From Clostridiales bacterium (GTDB lineage Bacteria > Bacillota > Clostridia > Christensenellales > Aristaeellaceae): a stretch of DNA of 32,000 nucleotides. Under the pieces are notes generated by a model, which saw only the letters and a list, made by a program, of their open reading frames with translations, was not told the origin of the DNA and did no database searches. The stretch is from NCBI GenBank assembly GCA_017577285.1, contig PITV01000001.1, positions 29,857 through 61,856 on the forward strand. Reading direction: 5' to 3'. Shown in pieces: positions 15,984 to 25,296 of this stretch (its first letter is position 1; the number at the start of each line of letters is the position of its first letter). The position numbers and the translations under genes were made by a program.

Positions 15984-17240
15984 TTACGGCGCGAAGGAAA
16001 GGGAGATATCCAGCGTTTCCCCGTAATAGCTGTACAGCACCACATAATGGGAGCGGGTGCCCTGGGTATCGGAGCTTTCATAATCGCAGATGATGCCCGC
16101 ATCGGAGAGGGTGATGCGGTAGGCGCCGTACACCACATCGGTGCGGGGATCGGCCGCCCACATGACACCGCCCCGCACGCTGACAGCTACGGGATGGGGG
16201 CCGTTGTGCCCCGCGATATACATGGTGCCGTCAGGATCCACGGCCCAGCAGATGGACGCACCCAGGCTTATGGTGGAGGTGGGCAGGCTCCAGACCACCT
16301 CGCCTGTGGCGATGTCGATCGCCTGCAGGCCCTTCTCGGCGTTGTGGATCATCAGGTAGGGCGTTTCCTTCGTGCCGCCTGTGAACATGCTCAGCAGCTG
16401 CAGCTCCGAAAGGGAGCCCGATGTGATGCTGCGGCACCATACGGGCTGCAGGTTCACATCATAGCAGCCGGCGATCAGCTGTTCGTTCCTGCCGTTCTTG
16501 ATCCGTATGCCGTACAGGAACCATACCCGCCCCTTCGCTTCGATCTTTTCCTCCAGGATCATTTCGCCGGAGGAGGCCAGGTCCACATAGGAGTAGCTGG
16601 CGGCGTAGGAAATATCATTCTCGGCGCTCAGGGTCTCCCCGGGCACCCACACGTTCTCATCGGCCCAGCCGGGCTCGGGGGTGGCGGCGGGAGCGGTGGC
16701 ATCGGCCTTTTCCAGATAAGCGGACAGGATGTAGCCTGTCACGCCGTTATATTCGCACCGGATGAACTTGTCATCGTATACCGTGCAGTTGTACACAAAG
16801 CTCCCCAGACTGACCTTCACGATGCGGTCCGAGGAGGTGGAGGGCTTTTTCCACAGGCTGACCCATTCCTCGCAGTTGACCACCTTCATGGTGCCCAGCT
16901 CCCGGCTGCCTTCCTCGGCGGCGGGAACGGAGGGGGAGGAAGGGGCGGAAGGCTGCACATCGCCGGTGACCTCCTCCAGATAGGCGGTCTTGATGTATCC
17001 GCTGCGGCCGTTGTACTCACAGCGGGTATACGTGCTGTTATAGCGGGTGCAGTTGGTCACGACGGCGCCCAGAGGCACCTTCACCAGACGCACGCTGTCC
17101 TTGGAGGGCTTTGCCCACAGGCTGACCCATTCCTTGCAGTTGATGACCCGCATGTTCGTGCTCTCCGCCGCGCCCGGGCATAAAAGGGAAAGGCCCAGGA
17201 TCAGAACGGCCAGCAGGCACAGGGCATGTTTCGGCTTCAT
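15984..17240 (-). CDS. Secreted protein with two SH3b domains and a C-terminal beta-rich (possibly PQQ/beta-propeller-like) domain
   Basis: GGAGGTG lies 5 nt upstream of the ATG on the minus strand. It has a signal peptide (MKPKHALCLLAVLILGLSLLCPGAA). There are two internal repeats, NC-x-EWVSLW-x-KPS...VKV-x-LG...NCT-x-Y...RCEYNG-x-(S/T)GYI-x-(S/T)AYLE. The C-terminal region contains AIDIATGEVVWSL-type strands. Confidence 0.8.
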   Translation of the reverse strand: MKPKHALCLLAVLILGLSLLCPGAAESTNMRVINCKEWVSLWAKPSKDSVRLVKVPLGAVVTNCTRYNSTYTRCEYNGRSGYIKTAYLEEVTGDVQPSAPSSPSVPAAEEGSRELGTMKVVNCEEWVSLWKKPSTSSDRIVKVSLGSFVYNCTVYDDKFIRCEYNGVTGYILSAYLEKADATAPAATPEPGWADENVWVPGETLSAENDISYAASYSYVDLASSGEMILEEKIEAKGRVWFLYGIRIKNGRNEQLIAGCYDVNLQPVWCRSITSGSLSELQLLSMFTGGTKETPYLMIHNAEKGLQAIDIATGEVVWSLPTSTISLGASICWAVDPDGTMYIAGHNGPHPVAVSVRGGVMWAADPRTDVVYGAYRITLSDAGIICDYESSDTQGTRSHYVVLYSYYGETLDISLSFAP

Positions 17241-17404
17241 ATCTTCACCTCCGGGGGAAAGACCGGTAAAGGAAACAGGAGTATCTTTCAGACAGTTCTA
17301 TCATTATAGCATCATTTCATCAAATGCGCCACCCCCCCGCCGGAGGGGCAGCTCACAGTTTACATTTGCACTGTTTCCGCTGTGCTTTTCCATCCGCCGC
17401 CCGC

Positions 17405-17433
17405 TTGTTCAGAAAGCCGTTATCTGCTATAAT
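17405..17433 (+). promoter_or_regulatory. Candidate sigma-A promoter (extended -10) of the GH5 gene
   Basis: TTGTTC (17405-17410), a 17-nt spacer, then TGcTATAAT (17425-17433). Confidence 0.45.
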
Positions 17434-17504
17434 CGGTGTGAAAACAAGAGGAAACGGAAAACAGAAAGCATCAGATCCGGAAGGATCATTCGGGAGGATC
17501 ATTT

Positions 17505-19091
17505 ATGAAAAACGCGGTTCGCATCTTTGCTCTGTTCCTTGTACTGGCGCTGACGGCTGTACCGGCCGCCTTCGCGGAGGATGAGGGCTGGAAGAACGCC
17601 CGGGATGTGCTGAATGACATCACCATCGGCTACAACTACGGAAATCAGCTGGACAGCTGCGATTTCAACACCGGATTCATCAACGCGGGTCCTGGCACGG
17701 AAACCAGCTGGGGCAATCCCCGGATCTCCCGGGAGATGATAGACCTGGTGAAGAGCAGCGGCTTCAATATCATCCGTCTGCCTGTTACCTGGTACAACCA
17801 TATGGATGAAAACCATGTGATCGACCCCGCGTGGATGGACCGCGTGCAGGAAGTGGTGGATATGATCGTGGATGAGGACACCTACTGCGTCCTGAATGTG
17901 CAGCACGATACCGGCTCCAACGGCTGGCTGCGGGCCGATGACAGGGATCTGGAGGAAAAGACGGCCATTTTCGTGCAGATCTGGCAGCAGATCTGCGAGC
18001 GTTTCGGCGGGTACGGAGATCATCTGATCTTCGAGGGCTTCAATGAGATGCTGGACGGCAGGGGCGAATGGAACCATCCCGCCGCCCGGGCGATGGAGAT
18101 CATCAACCTGTACAACCAGATCTTTGTGGATACCGTGCGCGCCTCCGGCGGGAACAACGCCCGCCGTGTGCTGCTGGTGAACACCTACGCCGCGGGCGGC
18201 GGAAGCAGCGTGGTGAAGGCCTTTGTCATGCCGGAGGATATCCTGCCTGACGCCATCATCATGGGTGCGCATATCTATCAGCCCTATCAGTTCACCACCG
18301 CCTCCAGCCCCGCGGCGAAGACCTGGGACAAGAACAGCATCAACACCTACCTGAACAGCATGAAAAAGTACGGGCTGGATCTGGGATATCCCGTGATCAT
18401 CGGCGAATTCGGCGCGGAGGACAAGAACAACCTGCCCGAGCGGATCGCCTGGGCCTGCTATTATGTGTCCAAATGCAATGAACTGGGGCTCAAGTGCCTG
18501 TGGTGGGATAACGGCGCCCTGTTCAGGCTGTTTGACCGCAGGACCAGAACTGTGGCGGAGCCCGAACTGCTGGAGGCGCTGACTGTGACCGCCGCCGGCG
18601 GGGAATATGTGTTCGACCGGGCGGCGTACGAGCAGCAGCATGTTTCTGACAACCTGTGCGATGTGACGGATAACTGGACGGTGTGGATCGATACCTACAA
18701 TGGCGGACAGGGCCTGGTGGATTATCTGCCGTCCGGCATCTCCATCGATGTGACCGCGCCCGGAAAGGACGCCTGGCATGTGCAGGGGACCTACAGGAAC
18801 ATCACGCTGGAGGAAGGAGTGACCTATGAGGTCACCTTTACGGTGGAATGCACGGCGGGCATCACCTTCCCGGTGTATCTGCAGAAGAACTACGGGGATT
18901 ACACGGTATACGGCGGGCTGGATGCCGTGACTGTGGCGGCCGGCGAAAAGCAGACCTTTACATTCACCTATACCATGACCGGGGCGACAGACAAAAATGT
19001 GGCGCTGGTATTCAATACGGGCGCCCAGAAGGACGCTGTGCCCTTCACCGTCACCCTGACGGACCTGGTCATGAAAAAGGCGGCGGAATGA
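17505..19091 (+). CDS. Secreted glycoside hydrolase family 5 (endoglucanase/cellulase-type) with C-terminal carbohydrate-binding-like module
   Basis: It has a signal peptide (FALFLVLALTAVPAFA). GH5 landmarks are present: GFNIIRLPVTW, YCVLNVQHD, FEGFNEM (acid/base NE) and IIGEFGA (nucleophile E). A ~140-aa beta-rich tail follows (WHVQGTYRNITLEEGVTYEVTFTV). Confidence 0.88.
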   Translation: MKNAVRIFALFLVLALTAVPAAFAEDEGWKNARDVLNDITIGYNYGNQLDSCDFNTGFINAGPGTETSWGNPRISREMIDLVKSSGFNIIRLPVTWYNHMDENHVIDPAWMDRVQEVVDMIVDEDTYCVLNVQHDTGSNGWLRADDRDLEEKTAIFVQIWQQICERFGGYGDHLIFEGFNEMLDGRGEWNHPAARAMEIINLYNQIFVDTVRASGGNNARRVLLVNTYAAGGGSSVVKAFVMPEDILPDAIIMGAHIYQPYQFTTASSPAAKTWDKNSINTYLNSMKKYGLDLGYPVIIGEFGAEDKNNLPERIAWACYYVSKCNELGLKCLWWDNGALFRLFDRRTRTVAEPELLEALTVTAAGGEYVFDRAAYEQQHVSDNLCDVTDNWTVWIDTYNGGQGLVDYLPSGISIDVTAPGKDAWHVQGTYRNITLEEGVTYEVTFTVECTAGITFPVYLQKNYGDYTVYGGLDAVTVAAGEKQTFTFTYTMTGATDKNVALVFNTGAQKDAVPFTVTLTDLVMKKAAE

Positions 19092-19097
19092 ATACTT

Positions 19098-19128
19098 ACC
19101 GGGCGCGGAGCAGATGACCGCGTCCGGT
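19098..19128 (+). terminator. Possible weak terminator or attenuator after the GH5 gene
   Basis: An 11-bp stem ACCGGGCGCGG / CCGCGTCCGGT has one G-U pair, but only CTTAT follows it, so the U-tract is poor. Confidence 0.3.
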
Positions 19129-19150
19129 CTTATGCGAGGTTGATGAGAGC

Positions 19151-20326
19151 ATGAGTATACCTGTTTATACCATTCAGAGCGATCTGGGGCACGCGGTGCG
19201 CGCGCCCTGGCTGGAAAAAGTGGGGGAGCAGCTGGGAGAGGAACTGGCGGAGATCTCTCTTGAGGAGTATCTTACCGCGCCCTTCGCCCTGCTCTTCGTG
19301 GCCAGCGGCGGCAGCGAGAACGCCTTTCTGCAGTTTGAGCGCCGCATGGGGGATAAGCCTGTTTATCTGCTGACCTCGGGAGAAAGCAATTCTCTGGCGG
19401 CGTCCATGGAGATCCTGAGCTTCCTGCAGCGCACCGGCCGCAGGGGAGAGATCCTGCACGGAAGACCGGAGGATGTGGCGGAGAGGATCCGCGCGCTGCG
19501 GCGGGTGAGCCTCGCGAAAGAGAAGCTGAGGGGCAGCGTTCTGGGATGCATCGGCGTGCCCAGCGACTGGCTCATCGCCAGCCCCATGGAGGACGGCGCC
19601 TGCCGGGAAAAACTGGACATCCGCTTTGAAAGCATTCCTATGGAGGAACTGCTCCGGGAGTATGAGAAAGGCGGATATGAGGAGAACGGATATACGGAGG
19701 ATCTGCTGCGGCATGCCTTTGACCGGAAGGAAACGGAAAAAGCGCTCCGGCTGTACGGCGCGCTGGAGAGGGTAGTGAAGGAGCATCATCTGTCCGGCGT
19801 TTCCCTGCGCTGCTTTGATCTGCTGGATTCTATCCGCACCACCGGCTGTCTCGGCCTGGCGATCCTGAACGCGAAGGGGATCCCCGCCGCCTGCGAGGGG
19901 GATATGCCCGCCCTGCTTTCCATGACGGTGATGAATGCCGTGACGGGCACGCCCGGGTTCATGTGCAATCCCAGCCGCATCGACAGCGCGGCGGGAGAAA
20001 TGATCCTGGCGCACTGCACCCTGCCGCTGGATATGCCGCTTTCCTACAGCCTGATGACGCATTATGAATCGGGAATCGGCGCGGCGCTCCGGGGCAAACT
20101 GCCGGAGGGTGTATGTACCCTGTTCAAGACGGATGTGCATTTGGACCGGTTCATGGTGCAGCGCGCGGTGCTGCTGGAGAACCCGGAGGAGGAGCATCTG
20201 TGCCGCACCCAGGTGAAACTCAGCGCCGAGGATACGGAATACTTCCTGAAGCGCCCCATCGGCAACCATCATATCCTGTGTCCGGGAGATCACAGACAGG
20301 CACTGCAGGACTTTTTCACGGAGTGA
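19151..20326 (+). CDS. Sugar isomerase-like protein (L-fucose/L-arabinose isomerase superfamily-like), function uncertain
   Basis: A 391-aa ORF with no signal peptide. The central segment CFDLLDSIRTTGCLGLAILNAKGIPAACEGDMPALLSM resembles the CEGD-containing core of COG2407-type isomerases. This is a motif-memory call only. Confidence 0.5.
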   Translation: MSIPVYTIQSDLGHAVRAPWLEKVGEQLGEELAEISLEEYLTAPFALLFVASGGSENAFLQFERRMGDKPVYLLTSGESNSLAASMEILSFLQRTGRRGEILHGRPEDVAERIRALRRVSLAKEKLRGSVLGCIGVPSDWLIASPMEDGACREKLDIRFESIPMEELLREYEKGGYEENGYTEDLLRHAFDRKETEKALRLYGALERVVKEHHLSGVSLRCFDLLDSIRTTGCLGLAILNAKGIPAACEGDMPALLSMTVMNAVTGTPGFMCNPSRIDSAAGEMILAHCTLPLDMPLSYSLMTHYESGIGAALRGKLPEGVCTLFKTDVHLDRFMVQRAVLLENPEEEHLCRTQVKLSAEDTEYFLKRPIGNHHILCPGDHRQALQDFFTE

Positions 20327-20546
20327 GCAGACCATACCGCAGTTTTGCCGATGATGCCCGTATACAAAGATAACTTTATATTGATCATAACAGCGTTATT
20401 TCCCGGTACCGTACAGTGTATGGTGCACCGGGCTGTAACGGATCTGCCTTGCTTCCGGAGGAGTATAAGGCTGTCCGGAGAACGTAAAAAAGCGGAAAAG
20501 ATCATAAAAAGCGGCAGTTTTCCGGCAAATTTGATAAAATTTGTGC

Positions 20547-20575
20547 TTGCAATTCGAAAAAACCTTTGTTATAAT
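20547..20575 (+). promoter_or_regulatory. Sigma-A promoter of rpmE
   Basis: TTGCAA (20547-20552), a 17-nt spacer, then TATAAT (20570-20575), in an AT-rich spacer 67 nt upstream of the start codon. Confidence 0.6.
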
Positions 20576-20642
20576 CTCCTATGCGGCTCATAGCAGCCAT
20601 CTATGAATCCGTTACCATACGGTAAAAGAGGTGAAATCAGGC

Positions 20643-20840
20643 ATGAAGGAAAAGATCCATCCCAAGTACGGCAAATGCATCGTTCGCTGCGTATGCGGTG
20701 AAACGTTCGAAACCGGCTCCACCAAGGGTGAGCTGAAGGTCGAAATTTGCTCCAAGTGTCACCCCTTCTACACCGGCAAGCAGAAGCTGGTGGACACGGG
20801 CGGACGCGTAGACCGCTTCAAGAAGCGTTACGGCGTGTAA
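20643..20840 (+). CDS. rpmE: 50S ribosomal protein L31 (zinc-binding type A)
   Basis: MKEKIHPKY...CVCGETF...[13 protein letters not shown]...[11 protein letters not shown]. The ATG at 20643 is 9 nt after AAGAGGTG. Four Cys residues (CxC and CxxC) are present. Confidence 0.95.
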   Translation: MKEKIHPKYGKCIVRCVCGETFETGSTKGELKVEICSKCHPFYTGKQKLVDTGGRVDRFKKRYGV

Positions 20841-20852
20841 TGACACAGATAA

Positions 20853-20885
20853 AAGGCAGCGTGCTCCGGCAGGCTGCCTTTTGTT
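20853..20885 (+). terminator. Intrinsic terminator after rpmE
   Basis: Stem AAGGCAGC (20853-20860) / GCTGCCTT (20873-20880) is followed by TTTGTT. Confidence 0.8.
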
Positions 20886-20966
20886 ATACATTCCGGTCCT
20901 TCCTGCCTGCCGCGGACGGATACCGCGCGGAATATGTCAAAAACGGGCCGCGGCCGCCGGGGACAG

Positions 20967-20996
20967 TTGTATTTTGACCGGCAGGTATGCTATAAT
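20967..20996 (+). promoter_or_regulatory. Candidate sigma-A promoter (extended -10) of the DUF1385-prmC-prfA operon
   Basis: TTGTAT (20967-20972), an 18-nt spacer, then TGcTATAAT (20988-20996). Confidence 0.45.
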
Positions 20997-21080
20997 ATGC
21001 GCATAAAATAGGTCGACTGTTTTTATCCGGCTCCGGCCGGAGTGAATGTATGCGTGAAAAGCGTTGAAAGGAAAAGAAAA

Positions 21081-22262
21081 ATGGCAGAAGAAAAGAAGAT
21101 CAGACGTCCCGATGTGGGCGGTCAGGCTGTGATGGAAGGCGTTATGATGCGCTCTCCCGAGTACACCGCTATTTCCGTCCGCAGGGAGGACGGTTCCATC
21201 ATCACAAAAAGGGAGCGCACGGTGAACCCGGCGCAGAAACATAAATGGATGGGCTGGCCTGTGGTGCGCGGCGCCGTCAGCCTGTTCACCATGCTCACCG
21301 GTGGCATGAAGACCATCACCGACAGCGTGGATATGCTGGGCATCGAAGAAGAGGAGCCCTCTAAATTTGAGAAATGGCTGAGCAAGGTGTTCGGCACATC
21401 CATCGATAAGATCGTGATGGCGGTGGCCATTATTTTTGCCGTGGCATTCAGCGTGGGCCTGTTCGTGCTGCTGCCCAATCTGGCGGTCATGCCCTTCAAC
21501 AGGATCGAAAACATCACGCCGGGCATGCAGCTGCTGAAGAATCTGGTCTCCGCGCTGGTCCGCATCGCCATCCTCATCGGCTATATGTATCTGTGCGGAA
21601 AGGTGCCCGATGTGCGCCGCACATTCATGTATCACGGAAGCGAGCACAAGACGGTCTACTGCAACGAGCATGAACTGGAACTGACGCCGGAGAACGCGCA
21701 GAAGTTTTCCACACTGCATCCCCGCTGCGGCACCAGCTTCATCCTGATCACCTTCATCCTGAGCCTGATCTTCTATTCCGTTATCGATGTGCTGATCCTG
21801 ATCACCACCGGCTATCCCATGGATAACTACTTCATCCGTGTGCTCAGCCGCCTGATCCTGCTGCCCCTGGTGGCGGGCCTGAGCTATGAAGTGCTGAAGG
21901 GTCTTGCCCACAATGACAGCAAGGTATGCCGTGTGCTGCGCTGGCCGGGGCTCATGATGCAGAAGCTCACCACAAAGCAGCCTACCGATGATATGTGCCA
22001 GGTGGCCATCATCTCCATGAAGAGCGCGCTGGGCGAGGAAATCGAGGGCACGAAGATGTCCGAGGGATGGATATGCATCCCCGCCGATTCGCCTCTGGCG
22101 CAGCCCCTGCCTGAAAAAGTGATCGAAAAGCGGAAGGCTGAAGCCGAAAAGGCGGCGCAGGCTGCTGAAACGGAGGAAACAGCCGGAGATACCGCGGAGG
22201 AGACATCTGAAGAGCCTGCCGGGGAGGAAACTGTGCCCGGCGGAGAAGATAAAGCCGAATGA
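21081..22262 (+). CDS. DUF1385-family membrane protein (conserved partner of prmC/prfA) with acidic C-terminal tail
   Basis: The N-terminus VGGQAVMEGVMMRSP and the motif YHGSEHK are as I recall for DUF1385. It has about 4 hydrophobic helices and an E/A/T-rich tail. Its stop overlaps the prmC start (ATGA at 22259-22262). I prefer the ATG at 21081 over the track start at 21042, which has no usable RBS. Confidence 0.8.
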   Translation: MAEEKKIRRPDVGGQAVMEGVMMRSPEYTAISVRREDGSIITKRERTVNPAQKHKWMGWPVVRGAVSLFTMLTGGMKTITDSVDMLGIEEEEPSKFEKWLSKVFGTSIDKIVMAVAIIFAVAFSVGLFVLLPNLAVMPFNRIENITPGMQLLKNLVSALVRIAILIGYMYLCGKVPDVRRTFMYHGSEHKTVYCNEHELELTPENAQKFSTLHPRCGTSFILITFILSLIFYSVIDVLILITTGYPMDNYFIRVLSRLILLPLVAGLSYEVLKGLAHNDSKVCRVLRWPGLMMQKLTTKQPTDDMCQVAIISMKSALGEEIEGTKMSEGWICIPADSPLAQPLPEKVIEKRKAEAEKAAQAAETEETAGDTAEETSEEPAGEETVPGGEDKAE

Positions 22263-23089
22263 AAGCCCGGCCGTTGCTGAAAAACGCGGAGGAGAGGCTC
22301 CTTGCCGCCGGGGTCCCGGATGCGAAATGGGACGCGGAGCAGCTGCTTTCCTTTGTGACGGGCAGGGAGCCCATGATGCTCCGCCTGAAGGATGATGAAG
22401 TGCCGCCGGATATGGAAAGGGCATTCCTCGCCCTGCTGGAGCGCCGGGATCGGCGGGAGCCGCTGCAGTACATCACCGGGGAGCAGTGGTTTATGGGGCT
22501 GCCCTTCGCTGTGACGGAGAGCGTGCTCATCCCCCGGTATGATACAGAGGCCATGTGTGAAGAGGCCATCGGCCGGATCCCGGAAAACGCCCGGGTGCTG
22601 GATCTGTGCACCGGCAGCGGCGCCATTGCCGTGGCGGTCAAGAAGGCGCGGCCGGATATTGAGATGTACGCGTCCGATCTTTCCGCCGAAGCCCTGAGCG
22701 TTGCGAAAGAAAATGCCGCAAAAAACGGCTGTGATATTAGTTTTTTTGAAGGCGATCTGTTCGCACCCTTTAAAGGTATCCGGTTTGACATTATCCTGTC
22801 CAATCCGCCCTATATCCCGGCTGGAGAACTTGCAGGGCTGCAGCGGGAAGTACAGTTGGAGCCCCGCATGGCGCTGGACGGGGGCGGGGACGGCCTGTGC
22901 TTCTACCGCCGTATCGCGGCGGAGGCACCCTCTCATCTGAAACCGGAGGGACTTCTGATCCTGGAGACCGGGGACGGACAGGAAAAGGATGTTTCCGCGC
23001 TCCTGCGGAAGGATTTTGATCAGATCGAGTGCCGCCGGGATCTGTCCGGCCGCATCCGCAGCGTGTGGGCCCGGCTCAGGACGGTGTGA
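22259..23089 (+). CDS. prmC: Peptide chain release factor N5-glutamine methyltransferase
   Basis: It has the SAM-binding VLDLCTGSGAIAV and the catalytic ILSNPPYIP (NPPY) motif, and it lies adjacent to prfA. Confidence 0.92.
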   Translation: MKARPLLKNAEERLLAAGVPDAKWDAEQLLSFVTGREPMMLRLKDDEVPPDMERAFLALLERRDRREPLQYITGEQWFMGLPFAVTESVLIPRYDTEAMCEEAIGRIPENARVLDLCTGSGAIAVAVKKARPDIEMYASDLSAEALSVAKENAAKNGCDISFFEGDLFAPFKGIRFDIILSNPPYIPAGELAGLQREVQLEPRMALDGGGDGLCFYRRIAAEAPSHLKPEGLLILETGDGQEKDVSALLRKDFDQIECRRDLSGRIRSVWARLRTV

Positions 23090-23124
23090 GCACAGTTCAA
23101 ATGTGATCGGTAAAGGAAAATGAT

Positions 23125-24189
23125 ATGCTGGAAGAAAGGTTCGCCCCCATCCTGGACAGGTATGAGGAACTGACCGAGACGCTGAATGAACCCGGGATAT
23201 CCCAGGATGTTGCCCGGTACCGAAAGGTGCTGCGGGACAAGGCGGCGCTGGAAGACACCGTGACCGCCTGGCGGGAGTATGAGGGGAAAAAGAAGAGCCT
23301 CGCGGAAGCGAATGAACTGCTCAGGGACGAGGATATGAAGGATATGGCCGCCGAGGAGATCCGGCAGCTGGAGGCGGAACTGCCCGTTATGGAGCAGAAG
23401 CTGAAGTCCTTCCTCATCCCGAGGGATCCCGATGATGACCGCAGCGTGATCATGGAGATCCGCCCCGGAGCCGGGGGAGACGAAGCGGGCCTCTTCGGGG
23501 CGCTGCTGCTGAGGATGTATTCCCGGTATGCCGAAAAGCACGGCATGAAAATGGAGCCTGTCAGCATCACGGATACCGAGTTGGGCGGCATCAAGGAAGC
23601 GGTGTTCTCCCTGACCGGAAACAGCGCCTTCAGCCGCATGAAATACGAGAGCGGCGTGCACCGCATCCAGCGCGTACCGGTCACCGAGGCCGGCGGACGC
23701 ATCCATACATCCACCGCCACCGTGGCGGTACTGCCCGAGGCTGAGGATGTGGAGGTGGATATAAAGCAGGAGGACCTGAGGATCGACACCTACCGCGCGT
23801 CCGGCCACGGCGGACAGTACATCAACCGCACGGACAGCGCCGTGCGCATCGTGCATCTGCCCACGGGCCTCGTGGTCACCTGTCAGGATGAAAAGAGCCA
23901 GCTGAAGAACAAGGAAAAGGCCATGAAGGTGCTGCGTACCCGGCTGTATGACCTGTACCGCTCCCAGAAGGACGCCGAGTACGCGGGCCGCCGCAAGGCG
24001 CAGGTGGGAAGCGGTGAGCGCAATGAGCGCATCCGCACCTATAATTTTCCCCAGGGACGCGTGACGGATCACCGCATCGGGCTCACTCTTTACAAGATCG
24101 ACGCCATCGTGGACGGCGATCTGGATGAGATCATCGACGGCCTCACCATGGCGGAGGAAGCCGAGAAGATGAAGAATCTGGAGCTGTAA
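23125..24189 (+). CDS. prfA: Peptide chain release factor 1
   Basis: It has the GGQ motif ([17 protein letters not shown]) and a PxT-type anticodon tripeptide (RVPVTE), which indicates RF1 rather than RF2. It is one uninterrupted frame with AAAGGAA upstream. Confidence 0.96.
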   Translation: MLEERFAPILDRYEELTETLNEPGISQDVARYRKVLRDKAALEDTVTAWREYEGKKKSLAEANELLRDEDMKDMAAEEIRQLEAELPVMEQKLKSFLIPRDPDDDRSVIMEIRPGAGGDEAGLFGALLLRMYSRYAEKHGMKMEPVSITDTELGGIKEAVFSLTGNSAFSRMKYESGVHRIQRVPVTEAGGRIHTSTATVAVLPEAEDVEVDIKQEDLRIDTYRASGHGGQYINRTDSAVRIVHLPTGLVVTCQDEKSQLKNKEKAMKVLRTRLYDLYRSQKDAEYAGRRKAQVGSGERNERIRTYNFPQGRVTDHRIGLTLYKIDAIVDGDLDEIIDGLTMAEEAEKMKNLEL

Positions 24190-24318
24190 TAACGGGCCGC
24201 TGAAACCGGCAGCGGGCGAAATATACGAAAATCCGCCATGAAAATCCTATACCGGATGCCCTGCCGCGCGGTATACTCTGTATGATACAAGGTTGACCGC
24301 CTGCAGCATGGAGAGTTT

Positions 24319-25161
24319 ATGAAAGAGATACGGAATCAGAACTTTGACGCCGAGCGCGCGCTGTATGAACTGAAGGACGCGCTTGTGGAAAACTGCCGCT
24401 TTGAGGGGCCCGCGGACGGGGAATCCGCCATGAAAGAAACCGCCGGGCTCACGGTGCGGGGCTGCTTTTTTGACCTGCGCTATCCCCTGTGGCACACAAC
24501 GGATACGGTGCTGGACAACTGCGATATGACCGCCAGCTGCCGGGCCGCCCTCTGGTATGACAGGCGTGTGAGGATCACGGACAGCCGGCTTCACGGCATC
24601 AAGGCGCTGCGGGAATGTGACGACTGTCTGCTGGAAGACTGCAGCGTCATCAGCCCCGAGTTCGGCTGGAAAAGCCGGGGGATCAAGCTGGTAAAGACCT
24701 CCGTGGAGGGGGAATACCCCTTCCTGGACAGCCGGGATCTGACCCTTGAAAATGTGACCCTGAAGGGCAAGTATTCCTTCCAGTATGTGGAAAACATGAC
24801 CATTACGGATTCTGTGCTGGATACCAAGGACGCCTTCTGGCACACAAAAAACGTGACGGTGAAGGACAGCGTCATCCGGGGCGAGTACCTGGGCTGGTAC
24901 AGTGAAAACCTGACCCTGATCCGCTGCAAAGTCATCGGCACCCAGCCCCTGTGCTACTGCAGAAACCTGGTGATGGAAGACTGCGAGACGGAAGACTGCG
25001 ATCTTTCCTTCGAGCGTTCCTCCGTGCAGGCGACCCTTCTGAACCCTGTCGTGTCCGTGAAGAATCCCCTGTCGGGCAGGATCACCGCTCCCGCTATCGG
25101 ACAGATCATTCTGGAGGACGGTTTCAACGGGAAGGACCGCTGCGAGATCATCGTAAAATAA
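24319..25161 (+). CDS. Right-handed beta-helix repeat protein (DUF3737-like), cytoplasmic
   Basis: A 280-aa ORF with GGAGAG 3 nt upstream. About 10 rungs of ~22 aa end in hydrophobic-x-(D/N/E)-(C/S)-x-(F/V/L): VENCRF, LDNCDM, ITDSRL, LEDCSV, LENVTL, ITDSVL, VKDSVI, LIRCKV, MEDCET. The DUF3737 label is from memory. Confidence 0.7.
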   Translation: MKEIRNQNFDAERALYELKDALVENCRFEGPADGESAMKETAGLTVRGCFFDLRYPLWHTTDTVLDNCDMTASCRAALWYDRRVRITDSRLHGIKALRECDDCLLEDCSVISPEFGWKSRGIKLVKTSVEGEYPFLDSRDLTLENVTLKGKYSFQYVENMTITDSVLDTKDAFWHTKNVTVKDSVIRGEYLGWYSENLTLIRCKVIGTQPLCYCRNLVMEDCETEDCDLSFERSSVQATLLNPVVSVKNPLSGRITAPAIGQIILEDGFNGKDRCEIIVK

Positions 25162-25180
25162 ATGAATACGGATATCAGGC

Positions 25181-25215
25181 CCTTTGCGCGCTGAACGCAG
25201 GGGGTCTTTTATTTG
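25181..25215 (+). terminator. Intrinsic terminator after the beta-helix gene
   Basis: Stem CCCTTTGCG (25181-25189) / CGCAGGGGG (25197-25205) has two G-U pairs and is followed by TCTTTTATTT. Confidence 0.65.
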
Positions 25216-25226
25216 GCGGACCGCCC

Positions 25227-25255
25227 TTGCGGCAGAGGGCGCGAAATGATATACT
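25227..25255 (+). promoter_or_regulatory. Sigma-A promoter (extended -10) of the CotH gene
   Basis: TTGCGG (25227-25232), a 17-nt spacer, then TGaTATACT (25247-25255). Confidence 0.5.
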
Positions 25256-25296
25256 GATGCCGGAAATGCGCCCCCGGGGGCGTTACGGAGACGGAT

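Noticed and set aside
17477-17504. An imperfect tandem duplication CCGGAAGGATCATT / CGGGAGGATCATTT just upstream of the GH5 start codon, giving two SD-like sequences.
   Set aside because: Only the second copy is followed by a start codon at a functional distance (GGAGG-N7-ATG). This is most simply a small duplication with no evident regulatory structure.
20434-20459. A third TGTAAC hexamer in the spacer upstream of rpmE.
   Set aside because: After N16 it is followed by CGGA, not CGTC. It lies about 110 nt upstream of a good sigma-A promoter, so it is probably a chance hexamer.
20576-20642. A small hairpin (TTACC-ATAC-GGTAA) in the rpmE 5' leader. I considered it as a possible L31 autoregulatory element.
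   Set aside because: It is only a 5-bp stem, and I know of no conserved Firmicute rpmE leader motif to compare it with. The evidence is too weak to call.
23125-24189. I checked the release-factor gene for the programmed +1 frameshift site known from prfB.
   Set aside because: The protein has the RF1-type PxT (PVT) tripeptide and is encoded in a single uninterrupted frame. The frameshift is a feature of RF2 only.
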